From assembly GCA_964236955.1 (NCBI GenBank), contig CAXSGP010000072.1, positions 1 to 18,745 on the forward strand: DNA of 18,745 nt, read 5' to 3'. Below are positions 1 through 8,540 of the stretch, in pieces (positions within the stretch are counted from its first letter, which is position 1; each line of letters opens with the position of its first letter). This stretch comes from an uncultured Oligoflexus sp. GTDB taxonomy: Bacteria; Bdellovibrionota_B; Oligoflexia; Oligoflexales; Oligoflexaceae. A program made the translations under genes and the position numbers. The notes below the pieces were generated by a model that did no database searches, was not told where the DNA came from, and saw nothing but the letters and a program-made list of their open reading frames with translations.

Positions 1-11
1 ACTGCGTTACT

Positions 12-52
12 GGGGATGTTCGACGTTGGCGTAGCCAAACGTCAACAGCCCC
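12..52. repeat. Imperfect inverted repeat (long hairpin), possible REP/MITE-like remnant
   Basis: GGGG-a-TGTT-c-GACGTT-GGC [GTA] GCC-a-AACGTC-AACA-g-CCCC: 17 paired positions with two bulges and one mismatch. Confidence 0.5.
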
Positions 53-74
53 TATCCGATCAAAATACCAGATA

Positions 75-117
75 CGAAAAAGCCCGCTCATCAAATTCAT
101 GACAATCGGGCTTTTCG
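75..117 (-). terminator. Rho-independent terminator of tRNA-Ile
   Basis: Minus strand reads AAAAGCCCG...CGGGCTTTTTCG (arms 107-115 and 78-86) directly after the tRNA CCA end, with a U-tract. Confidence 0.75.
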
Positions 118-119
118 AA

Positions 120-196
120 TGGTGGGGATGAGATGACTCGAACATCCGACCTCACGCTTATCAGGCGTGTGCTCTAACCAACTGAGCTACATCCCC
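120..196 (-). tRNA. tRNA-Ile (anticodon GAT)
   Basis: Reverse complement GGGGATGTAGCTCAGTTGGTTAGAGCACACGCCTGATAAGCGTGAGGTCGGATGTTCGAGTCATCTCATCCCCACCA. Acceptor stem GGGGATG/CATCCCC, D arm GCTC/GAGC, anticodon loop CTGATAA, T loop TTCGAGT, encoded CCA; 77 nt. Confidence 0.98.
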
Positions 197-211
197 AAAA
201 CAGGAAGCCTT

Positions 212-240
212 TATATAAGGATTCTATTTCCGGGTGTCAA
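212..240 (-). promoter_or_regulatory. Sigma70-type promoter for tRNA-Ile
   Basis: Minus strand TTGACA (240-235), 17-bp spacer, TATATA (217-212), 15 nt upstream of the mature tRNA 5' end. Confidence 0.75.
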
Positions 241-291
241 CTTTCTTTTAGGAACTCTTCCGTTTTTCCCTTGGAGTCCAGGGATGAAGAC

Positions 292-333
292 AAAAAGAAA
301 GAGCGCTGACAGCTTAATGCCGCGCTCTTCTTT
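292..333 (-). terminator. Rho-independent terminator of the Fis-like gene
   Basis: Minus strand AAGAGCGC-GGCA-TTAAGC-TGTC-A-GCGCTCTT followed by TCTTTTT, about 25 nt after the stop at 359. Confidence 0.7.
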
Positions 334-358
334 CCAATACATTCTAAGAACGTGAGTC

Positions 359-640
359 TTAGTTTGTGAAGGATGGTGTTTCGTTAACGTCGCCTTCTTC
401 GCCGCCAACTTTAGCCTTCAGACCCCAATCAGAAGCGCCGTAGCGCTTAAGCTTGCGTTGGAGTGTACGGATGCCGATGCCTAGGGCACGTGCAGTATGC
501 GTACGGTTGAAGTTTTTCTGACGGAGAGTCTCGAGTATAACAATACGCTCGATCTCACGAAGCTTTGTTCCCGCTGGGAAGACTACCGAAGAGGTGTCGA
601 AATTAAGGGCGGCTTCGGTTACGTTATCAGGTGTCATCAT
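359..640 (-). CDS. Stand-alone Fis/NtrC-family C-terminal helix-turn-helix protein (93 aa)
   Basis: LREIERIVILETLRQKNFNRTHTARALGIGIRTLQRKLKRYG matches the Fis-type HTH_8 pattern of sigma54 activators. GGAGG RBS upstream. No AAA+ or receiver domain. Confidence 0.88.
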   Translation of the reverse strand: MMTPDNVTEAALNFDTSSVVFPAGTKLREIERIVILETLRQKNFNRTHTARALGIGIRTLQRKLKRYGASDWGLKAKVGGEEGDVNETPSFTN

Positions 641-973
641 AGCTGATTTCCTCCGGTTGCTATTATCCTCGATTCCCAGGACCTATAAGCTTGCGCCGAT
701 AAATACCAGGGAAGCGCTGTACCTACTCATGAAACTGGCCATTAACTAACTGCTCAAAACCCGTCGTGCACCACTTCTCGATGTCTTGACGCTACCTAAT
801 TGCCTTAGCTGCGACAAATTAGCAGTTTGTCAGACAATGTCAACATATTTAGTGCTCATTTTTCGACTTCCTGGGATTTTTTTTCCCCCTTAGCCGCCCA
901 AGTCTTTCAATCCTCTGTAATCAAATCCCTAAGTAGCCTGCAAAAATCAGATGCCTAATATTACTTAGCACCT

Positions 974-1816
974 TTAAATTTGGCACTCAGGACAAAAGTA
1001 CGTAGCCCGGCCGCTAATTTTCTTATGTTTGATGGGACTAGCGCAGCTTACACAGAACTCTCCCTCGCGCCCGTAGACCTGCAATGAGAGTTCAAAGCTT
1101 CCCGCCTTGCCATCCGCATGACGATAATCGCGAAAGCTGGTTCCACCAGCCCTTATGGCCGCCTTTAAAACAGATTGGATGGCCTCGGCAATTTTTTCCC
1201 ACTCGCTGCGCTTGACCTTGGTACTCTGCCGCGTCGGCCTAACCCCAGCGCGGAACAGCGATTCGTTTGCATAGATATTGCCAACTCCCACCACATGCTG
1301 AGCATCCATGAGGAAGCTCTTGACCACCACCGACTTGCCACGACTACGCTGCCAAAGATGCTCAGCTAGGTCGCTTTTATCCAAAGGCTCCGGACCCAGT
1401 TTGAAGAGGAGCGGATGTCCTGCCAGATCCCGCTGACTGCAAGCCAGAATGCATCCAAAGCGCCTGGGATCAACAAAGTGCAAAAAGAGATCCTTAGAAA
1501 CGCTCCCTTGGCCTGCAGCGACTCGAAAACTGGCGTGAGTGTGCTTCCAGCTCGGTTCCCGGGTCTCACTCAGCAGCATGTTTCCTGACATCCCAAGATG
1601 AAAGATGCCACAGCCCCTTTCCGTTTCGACCAGCATATACTTAGACCGCCGATAAACTTTCAGCACCGGACTTCCTACGAGGAGCCGATGAAAATCCTTG
1701 GTGGGAATTGGCCAGCGTAAATCCTGACGATGAAAGATAGCTTCGCTTATCGTCCTGCCGACCAAAAGCTCTTCGACGGCACGGGTTAAACATTCCACTT
1801 CCGGTAATTCGGGCAT
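974..1816 (-). CDS. mutM: Formamidopyrimidine-DNA glycosylase / AP lyase (Fpg)
   Basis: N-terminal MPELPEVE (the catalytic Pro must be residue 2, so the start is 1816, not 1834), HLGMSG, DPRRFG, H2TH motif GVGNIYANESLF, C-terminal CxxC...CxxC zinc finger. Confidence 0.97.
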   Translation of the reverse strand: MPELPEVECLTRAVEELLVGRTISEAIFHRQDLRWPIPTKDFHRLLVGSPVLKVYRRSKYMLVETERGCGIFHLGMSGNMLLSETREPSWKHTHASFRVAAGQGSVSKDLFLHFVDPRRFGCILACSQRDLAGHPLLFKLGPEPLDKSDLAEHLWQRSRGKSVVVKSFLMDAQHVVGVGNIYANESLFRAGVRPTRQSTKVKRSEWEKIAEAIQSVLKAAIRAGGTSFRDYRHADGKAGSFELSLQVYGREGEFCVSCASPIKHKKISGRATYFCPECQI

Positions 1817-2023
1817 CCGTTTGTTCCCTTCCACAAGGACCTGAGCTCACCTGTGTATTGCATGCCATTATCTCCATCTCTTATGAGAGGGAGGTGAAAG
1901 GGACATATCAGATCTTATTTAATTTTGCATTATCTTCGGTAAGGATGAGTTGACGCCCACACTATGCCCGGGTTAACCTGGCCAGGTTGGGGGATTCATG
2001 AGCTGCCTCGTGCCGCTACTGGG

Positions 2024-2371
2024 TCACCATACCGGGACAATCCCCGGCCCCCTAACACGCCTGTCAGCCAAGCCTGTCGACAAGACCGCCAGCGGTGTTG
2101 CACTCGCCGTGTTGGGGCCCATGCTTTTTCCCGATGACGCCTTGAAGCCCACCCGCTTTAGCTCTTTCCCACTCCAGTCGTCGGCTTTTTCTTTGTTGAA
2201 AGGGGCGACAAAACTCAACTCGTTACGCTTGCGCCGGATGCCTGTAATCAACTTCTTGAGATCTTTACGCTCGTCACCACTCTGAGCATGATGCTGACTG
2301 ATGACCTGACTGTATTTTTTGGGGATAAGATCGCGCGCAGAATCTCGATGGGCGGGTTGCAAGGCATCCAT
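2024..2371 (-). CDS. Hypothetical basic protein (115 aa)
   Basis: AAGGAG RBS 6 nt before the ATG. Fills the gap between parB and mutM on the same strand. Has a charged helical stretch (ERKDLKKLITGIRRKRNELSF). No family recognised. Confidence 0.55.
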   Translation of the reverse strand: MDALQPAHRDSARDLIPKKYSQVISQHHAQSGDERKDLKKLITGIRRKRNELSFVAPFNKEKADDWSGKELKRVGFKASSGKSMGPNTASATPLAVLSTGLADRRVRGPGIVPVW

Positions 2372-2430
2372 GAACTGCTCCTTGTAAGCTTTGCCGTTAG
2401 GGCTCTCCTGCAGTGGGGTGAGCCTTGACG

Positions 2431-2463
2431 AAAAAACAGCCCGCCGAAACTTCAGCAGGCTGT
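2431..2463 (-). terminator. Rho-independent terminator after parB
   Basis: Minus strand ACAGCCTGCTGAA-GT-TTCGGCGGGCTGT-TTTTT: long GC-rich stem with G-U pairs and a U-tract, about 30 nt after the parB stop. Confidence 0.8.
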
Positions 2464-2491
2464 CTCCACAGGAGGAAAGAGTAAAATAACA

Positions 2492-3550
2492 TCACCCAGC
2501 TGATTGGGTTGGATCCCGACCCGAACCAGCTTTTTGAGCATTCTGTGTAAAGTTGCGTCGCAGGCGCTCGACAACTTTAGGACTGAGGTAACCCGCCAGG
2601 CACAGTTGATCAACCAGATCCCAGGCAAATTTTGATTCCTCGTTAGGAGAGGTGAAAATGCCTTTAAGCTGATCTCGACTGGCTTTGATCGCGTTTTTGT
2701 CGATAGCTGTCTCCGGTTTTTCCGCCTGAGCTTTCTGACCAAAGGCCTTTTGCCTCGCTATCATGGTCAGCATCTGCTTGAGCAGCACGGCAGGTACGGG
2801 GAGTTCACCCTGCCTTGCTAATTTAATAGCCCACGTGGCATTAAAAAGGTCTGAGTGCTGCCGACAAATCGCCTGACACTCAAGGGACATGCGGGTCAGG
2901 CGTCGATACCAACCCACGGTTCGGGGATTGACGCCGGATCGTTCGGCGATCGCCTGATCACTTTCACCGAGCCGCGCGGCCTGATGATAAGCCGAGGCCA
3001 TATCCAGATAAAAGACATCTTCACGGAGATTGGCGGCAATCGTATGATAGAGTTCGTCGCGGGCTGAGGCAAACGGCAGAATCACACATTCTATAGCTTT
3101 CCAGCCGAGTGATTTGGCGGCGAGAATACGCCGATGCCCGTTTTTACAAACGAAGGCCGTCGTGCCAACCGTCTTGTGCTCCTTGAGCGCCAGCGTGGGA
3201 AACTGAATAAGGCCGTCCTTTGCCAAGGAATCAGCCAGCTGCTTCAGCGCTCCATCGTCATAGCTTTCCCGGATATTTTCGTCGAGATGAATGCTCTCGA
3301 GCGGCACTTTTTGAATGGTACGCCCGTTTTTTTCGATCAAGGCCAAGAGCTGCTGAAGAGCCGCCTTGCTGATGCCGCCGCTTTTTTCTTCGGGCTCAGG
3401 GGCTGATGCGACCGTGGCGCCCACGCGGTTATCGGCAACCTCTGCTGATGCTGGCGTGCTTGCGACAGGGCGGGAGGTGACGACTTCGCGTGCCGCACCC
3501 TTCACCATCTTCTCTAGATTTTTCCTGGCCGTTTCTTTCATCGAAGCCAT
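2492..3550 (-). CDS. parB: ParB/RepB/Spo0J-family partition protein (ParB/Srx CTPase domain plus HTH)
   Basis: VPLESIHLDENIR, LKQLADSLAKDGLIQFP, GHRR arginine patch, ANLRED, HTH DQAIAERSGVNPRTVGWYRRL. Start placed at ATG 3550 (GGAG 8 nt upstream). Follows parA directly. Confidence 0.88.
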   Translation of the reverse strand: MASMKETARKNLEKMVKGAAREVVTSRPVASTPASAEVADNRVGATVASAPEPEEKSGGISKAALQQLLALIEKNGRTIQKVPLESIHLDENIRESYDDGALKQLADSLAKDGLIQFPTLALKEHKTVGTTAFVCKNGHRRILAAKSLGWKAIECVILPFASARDELYHTIAANLREDVFYLDMASAYHQAARLGESDQAIAERSGVNPRTVGWYRRLTRMSLECQAICRQHSDLFNATWAIKLARQGELPVPAVLLKQMLTMIARQKAFGQKAQAEKPETAIDKNAIKASRDQLKGIFTSPNEESKFAWDLVDQLCLAGYLSPKVVERLRRNFTQNAQKAGSGRDPTQSAG

Positions 3551-3567
3551 GACATTCACTCCAGGGT

Positions 3568-4473
3568 TTAGAGGAGATCCACCGTTTCATCGAGAGCCAC
3601 ATCCTGGCTCGTCCAGTTCCGCTCGTCGGCGTGCTTTTCCTTGAGGACACCCAGCTTACTGAGGTTGGGACGAGGCGGCGCTTTCTTGGCTGCCGCAAGC
3701 TTGACCATCGCTTTCGTAAGCTTAAGATAATCATCCCGGACCGCCCGCCCGCTGCTGATTGAAACCGCAGGACAGGCATGCAAGCTGCCAGTGGCCACAG
3801 CATTAGAGATTCTTACATAGGGCTTCAGTAGATTCACCGAGGAAGCCTTCAGATGCTTGGCGATGAACTTTAGGTACTGCTCATGGGCCGGAATCTTTTT
3901 GACCGAAGTGATCACCACGCCCATCAGTTGAAGTTTCGGGTTTTCCTCTTCATGAATCTCTTCGCATTCAGCAACCAGATCCAGAAAGCCGTCGTAGCTA
4001 TCCGGCTCGGGAAAGCTTGGGATGAGGTACCAATCGGAGGCCGCCAGGGCCGCTTGGAGAAGGATATTGATCTGCGGTTTGGTGTCGATCAACACATAAT
4101 CGAAGTCGTTTTCCACACCCTTAAGCAGATGCTTAAAGAGCTTAAGACCGCGTGCCGATCGGCCGAATTCATTTTGAGCCGCCTTGAGTTCCTTGGTCGA
4201 GGGAATGACCCAGATGTTTTCATAGGGGCTTTCAACAATCACTTCCGAATAGCTGACCTTCCGGGAAAGACCACTCCAAAGGGTTTCATGCTGACGATCG
4301 AAAAGGTCGCGCACCCCAAGAGCCTTGGTTGAATTGCCCTGGTCATCGGAATCGATGACGAGAACTCTTTTCTTAAGGGTGACGCCAAGGAGATAGGCAA
4401 TGTTGGTCACGGCCGTGGTTTTCCCAACGCCACCTTTGATGTTGGCAAAGGTGATTATCTGAGCCTTACGCAT
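3568..4473 (-). CDS. parA: ParA/Soj-family deviant Walker A ATPase
   Basis: KGGVGKTT, VLVIDSDDQGN, DYVLIDTKP Walker B region. Start placed at ATG 4473 (MRKAQIITF) with a GGAGG RBS. Confidence 0.93.
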   Translation of the reverse strand: MRKAQIITFANIKGGVGKTTAVTNIAYLLGVTLKKRVLVIDSDDQGNSTKALGVRDLFDRQHETLWSGLSRKVSYSEVIVESPYENIWVIPSTKELKAAQNEFGRSARGLKLFKHLLKGVENDFDYVLIDTKPQINILLQAALAASDWYLIPSFPEPDSYDGFLDLVAECEEIHEEENPKLQLMGVVITSVKKIPAHEQYLKFIAKHLKASSVNLLKPYVRISNAVATGSLHACPAVSISSGRAVRDDYLKLTKAMVKLAAAKKAPPRPNLSKLGVLKEKHADERNWTSQDVALDETVDLL

Positions 4474-4604
4474 AGAACCTCCCATAATGGAACAGCATCG
4501 GGCGCGATGCAGGGAAATAGGGGTCATTTATTTTGGATTGTGCATGAGAGACGGTACCGAGTTTTAGTGGTCCAGACAAGCTGAACTTATCGCCCCATAA
4601 ACTT

Positions 4605-4631
4605 GGCTCTTGTACATGATGTACAAGAGCC
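4605..4631. promoter_or_regulatory. Perfect 13-bp-arm inverted repeat between icmF and parA (operator/parS-like site or terminator)
   Basis: GGCTCTTGTACAT-G-ATGTACAAGAGCC. The repeat is certain; its function is not. Confidence 0.6.
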
Positions 4632-4687
4632 TTTTGAATAATGCTCGGATGCTCAGCAATAGTGACTTTTATGGCGAAAGCCCCAAT

Positions 4688-7600
4688 TCACATATTTCTT
4701 CTGTATTGACCTCCAACCTCATAAAGTGCCCTTGATATCTCACCCAAAGAACAGACCTTAGCCACGTCGATTAGCGCCTCAAAGATGTTGCCGTTGCCAA
4801 GAGCAAAGGTCTCAAGGCGGGCCAGGGCCGCCTTCGACACAGCTCGATTGCGCCTTTGAAAATCCAGGCACGATTGGACTGCGTATTCCTTCTCCACGGG
4901 TAGAGCCCGAATCACCTCGCCTGGCACTATGGTCGGCGATCCGTCTTTACCTAAAAACGTATTGACGCCGATGATGGGCAGCTCACCCGAATGTTTAAGC
5001 GTCTCGTAATAGAGCGATTCATCCTGAATCTTCGATCGCTGGTACATCCGCTCCATAGCGCCCAGGACACCGCCCCGTTCCGACAGATTTCTAAACTCCA
5101 GCATCACCGCTTCCTCAACGAGATCGGTCAGATCCTCGATGATAAAGGCGCCCTGCAGCGGGTTCTCATTTTTCGCCAGACCCAACTCCTTGTTGATGAT
5201 CAGCTGGATTGCCATCGCCCGCCGTACCGATTCCTCGGTGGGAGTGGTGATCGCTTCATCGTAGGCATTGGTGTGTAGGGAATTGCAGTTATCGTAGAGC
5301 GCGTAAAGAGCCTGAAGAGTCGTGCGAATGTCGTTAAAGGCGATCTCCTGGGCATGCAGACTGCGCCCCGAAGTCTGAATGTGATACTTGAGTTTTTGCG
5401 ACCTGTCATGGCCGCCATAGCGATGTTTGATGGCCTTTGCCCAGATTCGTCGCGCCACCCGGCCTATCACCGAATATTCGGGATCGGTGCCGTTGGAAAA
5501 GAAAAAAGACAGGTTCGGGGCAAAATCATCGATGTCCATGCCGCGTGACAGATAATATTCGACAAAGGTAAACCCATTGGCAAGGGTGAAGGCCAACTGG
5601 GTGATGGGATTGGCACCCGCCTCAGCAATATGGTAGCCGGAGATCGACACCGAATAAAAATTGCGGACATCATTCTCAATAAAATATTGCTGAACATCAC
5701 CCATCATGCGCAGCGCAAATTCCGTGGAAAAGATGCAGGTATTTTGCGCCTGATCCTCTTTTAGAATGTCGGCCTGCACCGTACCCCGTACCGCCGTCAT
5801 AGTCTTGGCCTTAATCTGGGCATAGACCTCGGGCGGCAGCACCTGATCGCCCGTCACGCCAAGCAGCATGAGTCCCAAACCATCGTTGCTGGACGGCAGC
5901 TCTCCCTGATAGCTGGGCCGCTCCTGACCGAGGTCCTTATAAATCTCGGCGATCTTCTTTTCAGTCGCCTCGACGAGACCTTCGGCTTTGATGTACATCT
6001 CACACTGCTGATCGATCGCTACGTTCATAAAAAACGCCAGCAGCATCGGCGCCGGACCATTGATGGTCATCGAGACCGACGTCATGGGCAGAGCAAGATT
6101 AAAGCCTGAATAGAGCTTTTTCGCGTCGTCGAGCGTGGCAATGCTTACGCCTGAGTTACCGATCTTGCCGTAGATGTCGGGACGTTCGGCAGGATCTTCG
6201 CCATAAAGAGTGACCGAGTCAAAGGCTGTCGAGAGTCGCTTGGCGGGCATTCCTGCGGAAACATAGTGAAAGCGCTTGTTGGTACGCTCTGGGCCACCTT
6301 CACCTGCAAACATACGCGCCGGGTCCTCACCCTCACGCTTCAGGGGGAAAACACCCGCCGCATAGGGAAATTCCCCAGGAAGGTTTTCGGTCAGCTGCCA
6401 GGCGAGGATATCGCCCCAATCGCGATAGCGCGGCAGCGAGACTTTGGGTATGGCCAGACCCGAAAGCGATTGGGTGAAAAGATCCTGTTCGATGATCTTA
6501 TCGCGGACCTTGAACTGATACTTCGCCTGCTTATAACGCAGCTTGGTCTCATCCCAGGTCGAGAGCAGCCGAAAACATTCATGATCGAGCTGCCGCTCAA
6601 GCTCCTCGCAGCGCCTGATCAGGCCTTGTATGGTCGCATCCTCGGAGGCGGCGATGGCAGCTCCAAAAACAGCTGCTGCAGGGCTTTTATCGCTCTTTCT
6701 AAGGATCTCAACGGTGCCGCGCATTTGATAAAGCTGACGGGCTATTCCCGACTGCTTTTGAATAAAAGCCTTATAAGCCTCATGAGCCTCCGCGATCTCG
6801 GCAAGATAACGCACCCGCTCAGCGGAAATGAGGGTGCTGATCTTTTTTTCTTCAAAGCCTGGCAAATAGGCAAAGCTACTGGCCGTTTTATTGTTAAGGA
6901 CCGCCATGACGCGATTGTAGAGATGATTCATCCCCGTATCGTTAAACTGAGCGGCTATCGTTCCAAGAACAGGCAGATCGTCGTCGGGCCCGTCCCAGAT
7001 CATATGATTGCGGCGATACTGCTTGCGCACATCGCGTAGCGCATCAAGCGAGCCGCGCTTATCAAATTTGTTGATGGCGATGATATCGGCAAAATCCAGC
7101 ATATCGATCTTTTCAAGCTGGGTGGCTGCTCCATATTCTGAAGTCATGACGTAGAGCGAAGTATCGCTGTGCTCGACGATTTCAGTATCCGACTGACCGA
7201 TTCCCGAGGTTTCGACTATGATAAGATCAAAGCCCGCCGCCTTGCAGATATCGATGGAATCCTGGACGTATTTGCTTAACGCGAGATTGGACTGCCGCGT
7301 CGCGAGCGAGCGCATATAAACGTGGGGGTGGTGAATCGAATTCATACGGATGCGATCGCCGAGCAAAGCACCGCCCGATTTTCGTTTGGAGGGGTCGACG
7401 GAAATGATGGCGATCCTCGCCTGCGTATTCACCCGCAAAAATCGTCTCACCAACTCATCGACTAACGAGGACTTACCGGCGCCACCGGTGCCGGTTATAC
7501 CAAGCACAGGAACCAGTCGGCTGCTCATTTTTTTCACACTTTGATGGAGCGACTCTCGAAAGTCAGGAAAATTCTCAGCAACTGAAATCAGCCGGGCGAT

Positions 7601-8101
7601 CGTCTTCGCTGCCTTTTTCGGAAGCTCGATAAGCAGTTCATCGACCGGGGGCTCCTGGGTGCAAAAATCACAGTGACGCAGCAGGTGATCGATCATGCCT
7701 TGAAGACCTAGCGAGCGCCCATCATCGGGCGAATAGATACGGGTGATCCCGTAGGCATGCAGCTCCTCGATTTCCGTGGGTAAGATAGTGCCGCCCCCGC
7801 CGCCGAAGAGTTTGATCTGGGAACCCGCTTCCTTGAGCAGGTCATAGATGTACTTAAAGAACTCGATGTGCCCGCCCTGATAGGAAGTGATCGCAATCCC
7901 CTGCACATCTTCCTGTATCGCGCAATTAACGATATCAGTGGCGGCACGATTGTGTCCCAGATGGATGACTTCGGCACCCGAAGCCTGCAGGATGCGGCGC
8001 ATGATATTGATCGCCGCGTCGTGACCATCAAAGAGCGACGCCGCGGTCACAATGCGAATATGGTTTTTGGCTTGATAGCGAACAGGCGCCGATGATGCCA
8101 T
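4688..8101 (-). CDS. icmF: Fused isobutyryl-CoA mutase / MeaB-type GTPase chaperone (B12-dependent)
   Basis: N-terminal cobalamin-binding FDGHDAAIN; central GTPase [27 protein letters not shown]-terminal mutase barrel [30 protein letters not shown]. 1137 aa. Phe in RMFAG and Gln in AQN (Tyr and Arg in methylmalonyl-CoA mutase) indicate isobutyryl-CoA specificity. Confidence 0.95.
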   Translation of the reverse strand: MASSAPVRYQAKNHIRIVTAASLFDGHDAAINIMRRILQASGAEVIHLGHNRAATDIVNCAIQEDVQGIAITSYQGGHIEFFKYIYDLLKEAGSQIKLFGGGGGTILPTEIEELHAYGITRIYSPDDGRSLGLQGMIDHLLRHCDFCTQEPPVDELLIELPKKAAKTIARLISVAENFPDFRESLHQSVKKMSSRLVPVLGITGTGGAGKSSLVDELVRRFLRVNTQARIAIISVDPSKRKSGGALLGDRIRMNSIHHPHVYMRSLATRQSNLALSKYVQDSIDICKAAGFDLIIVETSGIGQSDTEIVEHSDTSLYVMTSEYGAATQLEKIDMLDFADIIAINKFDKRGSLDALRDVRKQYRRNHMIWDGPDDDLPVLGTIAAQFNDTGMNHLYNRVMAVLNNKTASSFAYLPGFEEKKISTLISAERVRYLAEIAEAHEAYKAFIQKQSGIARQLYQMRGTVEILRKSDKSPAAAVFGAAIAASEDATIQGLIRRCEELERQLDHECFRLLSTWDETKLRYKQAKYQFKVRDKIIEQDLFTQSLSGLAIPKVSLPRYRDWGDILAWQLTENLPGEFPYAAGVFPLKREGEDPARMFAGEGGPERTNKRFHYVSAGMPAKRLSTAFDSVTLYGEDPAERPDIYGKIGNSGVSIATLDDAKKLYSGFNLALPMTSVSMTINGPAPMLLAFFMNVAIDQQCEMYIKAEGLVEATEKKIAEIYKDLGQERPSYQGELPSSNDGLGLMLLGVTGDQVLPPEVYAQIKAKTMTAVRGTVQADILKEDQAQNTCIFSTEFALRMMGDVQQYFIENDVRNFYSVSISGYHIAEAGANPITQLAFTLANGFTFVEYYLSRGMDIDDFAPNLSFFFSNGTDPEYSVIGRVARRIWAKAIKHRYGGHDRSQKLKYHIQTSGRSLHAQEIAFNDIRTTLQALYALYDNCNSLHTNAYDEAITTPTEESVRRAMAIQLIINKELGLAKNENPLQGAFIIEDLTDLVEEAVMLEFRNLSERGGVLGAMERMYQRSKIQDESLYYETLKHSGELPIIGVNTFLGKDGSPTIVPGEVIRALPVEKEYAVQSCLDFQRRNRAVSKAALARLETFALGNGNIFEALIDVAKVCSLGEISRALYEVGGQYRRNM

Positions 8102-8540
8102 TCCAAACTCCTGATAATAATGATATTTATAAGATCTATGGGGCCGAAATTCTAGAATGGTAAGAACACGAACTCGAGCCCCAGCCGCTGCCAGTTTCGG
8201 GAGCAGAGTGATTTCTCTATGCTGATCCCAGCAGTTATAGCATCAAAAAATCAACTAACGAAACGACCTTGAGGAGAATATCGAGCTTTCGGCTTAGCAA
8301 GGGGCATTGGGACTGTCGAATCGGTTGGCAAGGGGGAGCCAGGCTCGGCGAGGAATCCACGGACCCAAGGGTCGGCAACGGGGAAGCAGGGCCCGTCATA
8401 GCCCAAACGAAGACGAGAGAAAGTATCTTAGCTGTGGAGTAGGAAGGAAGCTCTTGCTAGAGTGCGAACTGATTTATTTTCTGGCTTGACGTCCTGGGAC
8501 CTTGCCGAAAATCATTTTTCTATCGAATCGGAGGCTAAAA

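Noticed and set aside
120..196. tRNA as attachment site of an island carrying parAB
   Set aside because: No integrase and no duplicated tRNA 3' end in the window. parAB lies on the 5' side of the tRNA, beyond the housekeeping gene mutM.
167..408. ORFs 167-355 (+) and 211-408 (-)
   Set aside because: They overlap the tRNA, its promoter and a terminator, so they are almost certainly spurious.
2024..2494. Orf3 is in frame with parB, separated by a single TGA and 40 open codons (possible read-through or selenocysteine fusion)
   Set aside because: A strong intrinsic terminator lies in the interval, orf3 has its own RBS, and 40 open codons arise by chance fairly often ((61/64)^40 is about 0.15).
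6266..7039. 257-aa plus-strand ORF
   Set aside because: Antisense shadow of icmF with no recognisable motifs.
8307..8489. 60-aa ORF in the icmF upstream region
   Set aside because: TTG start, no clear RBS, and a non-protein-like Arg/Gly composition.
8102..8540. Cobalamin riboswitch upstream of B12-dependent icmF
   Set aside because: I could not find the conserved riboswitch elements (GGGAA, GCCACTG, B12 box) in the right order on the minus strand. An Rfam scan would settle it.
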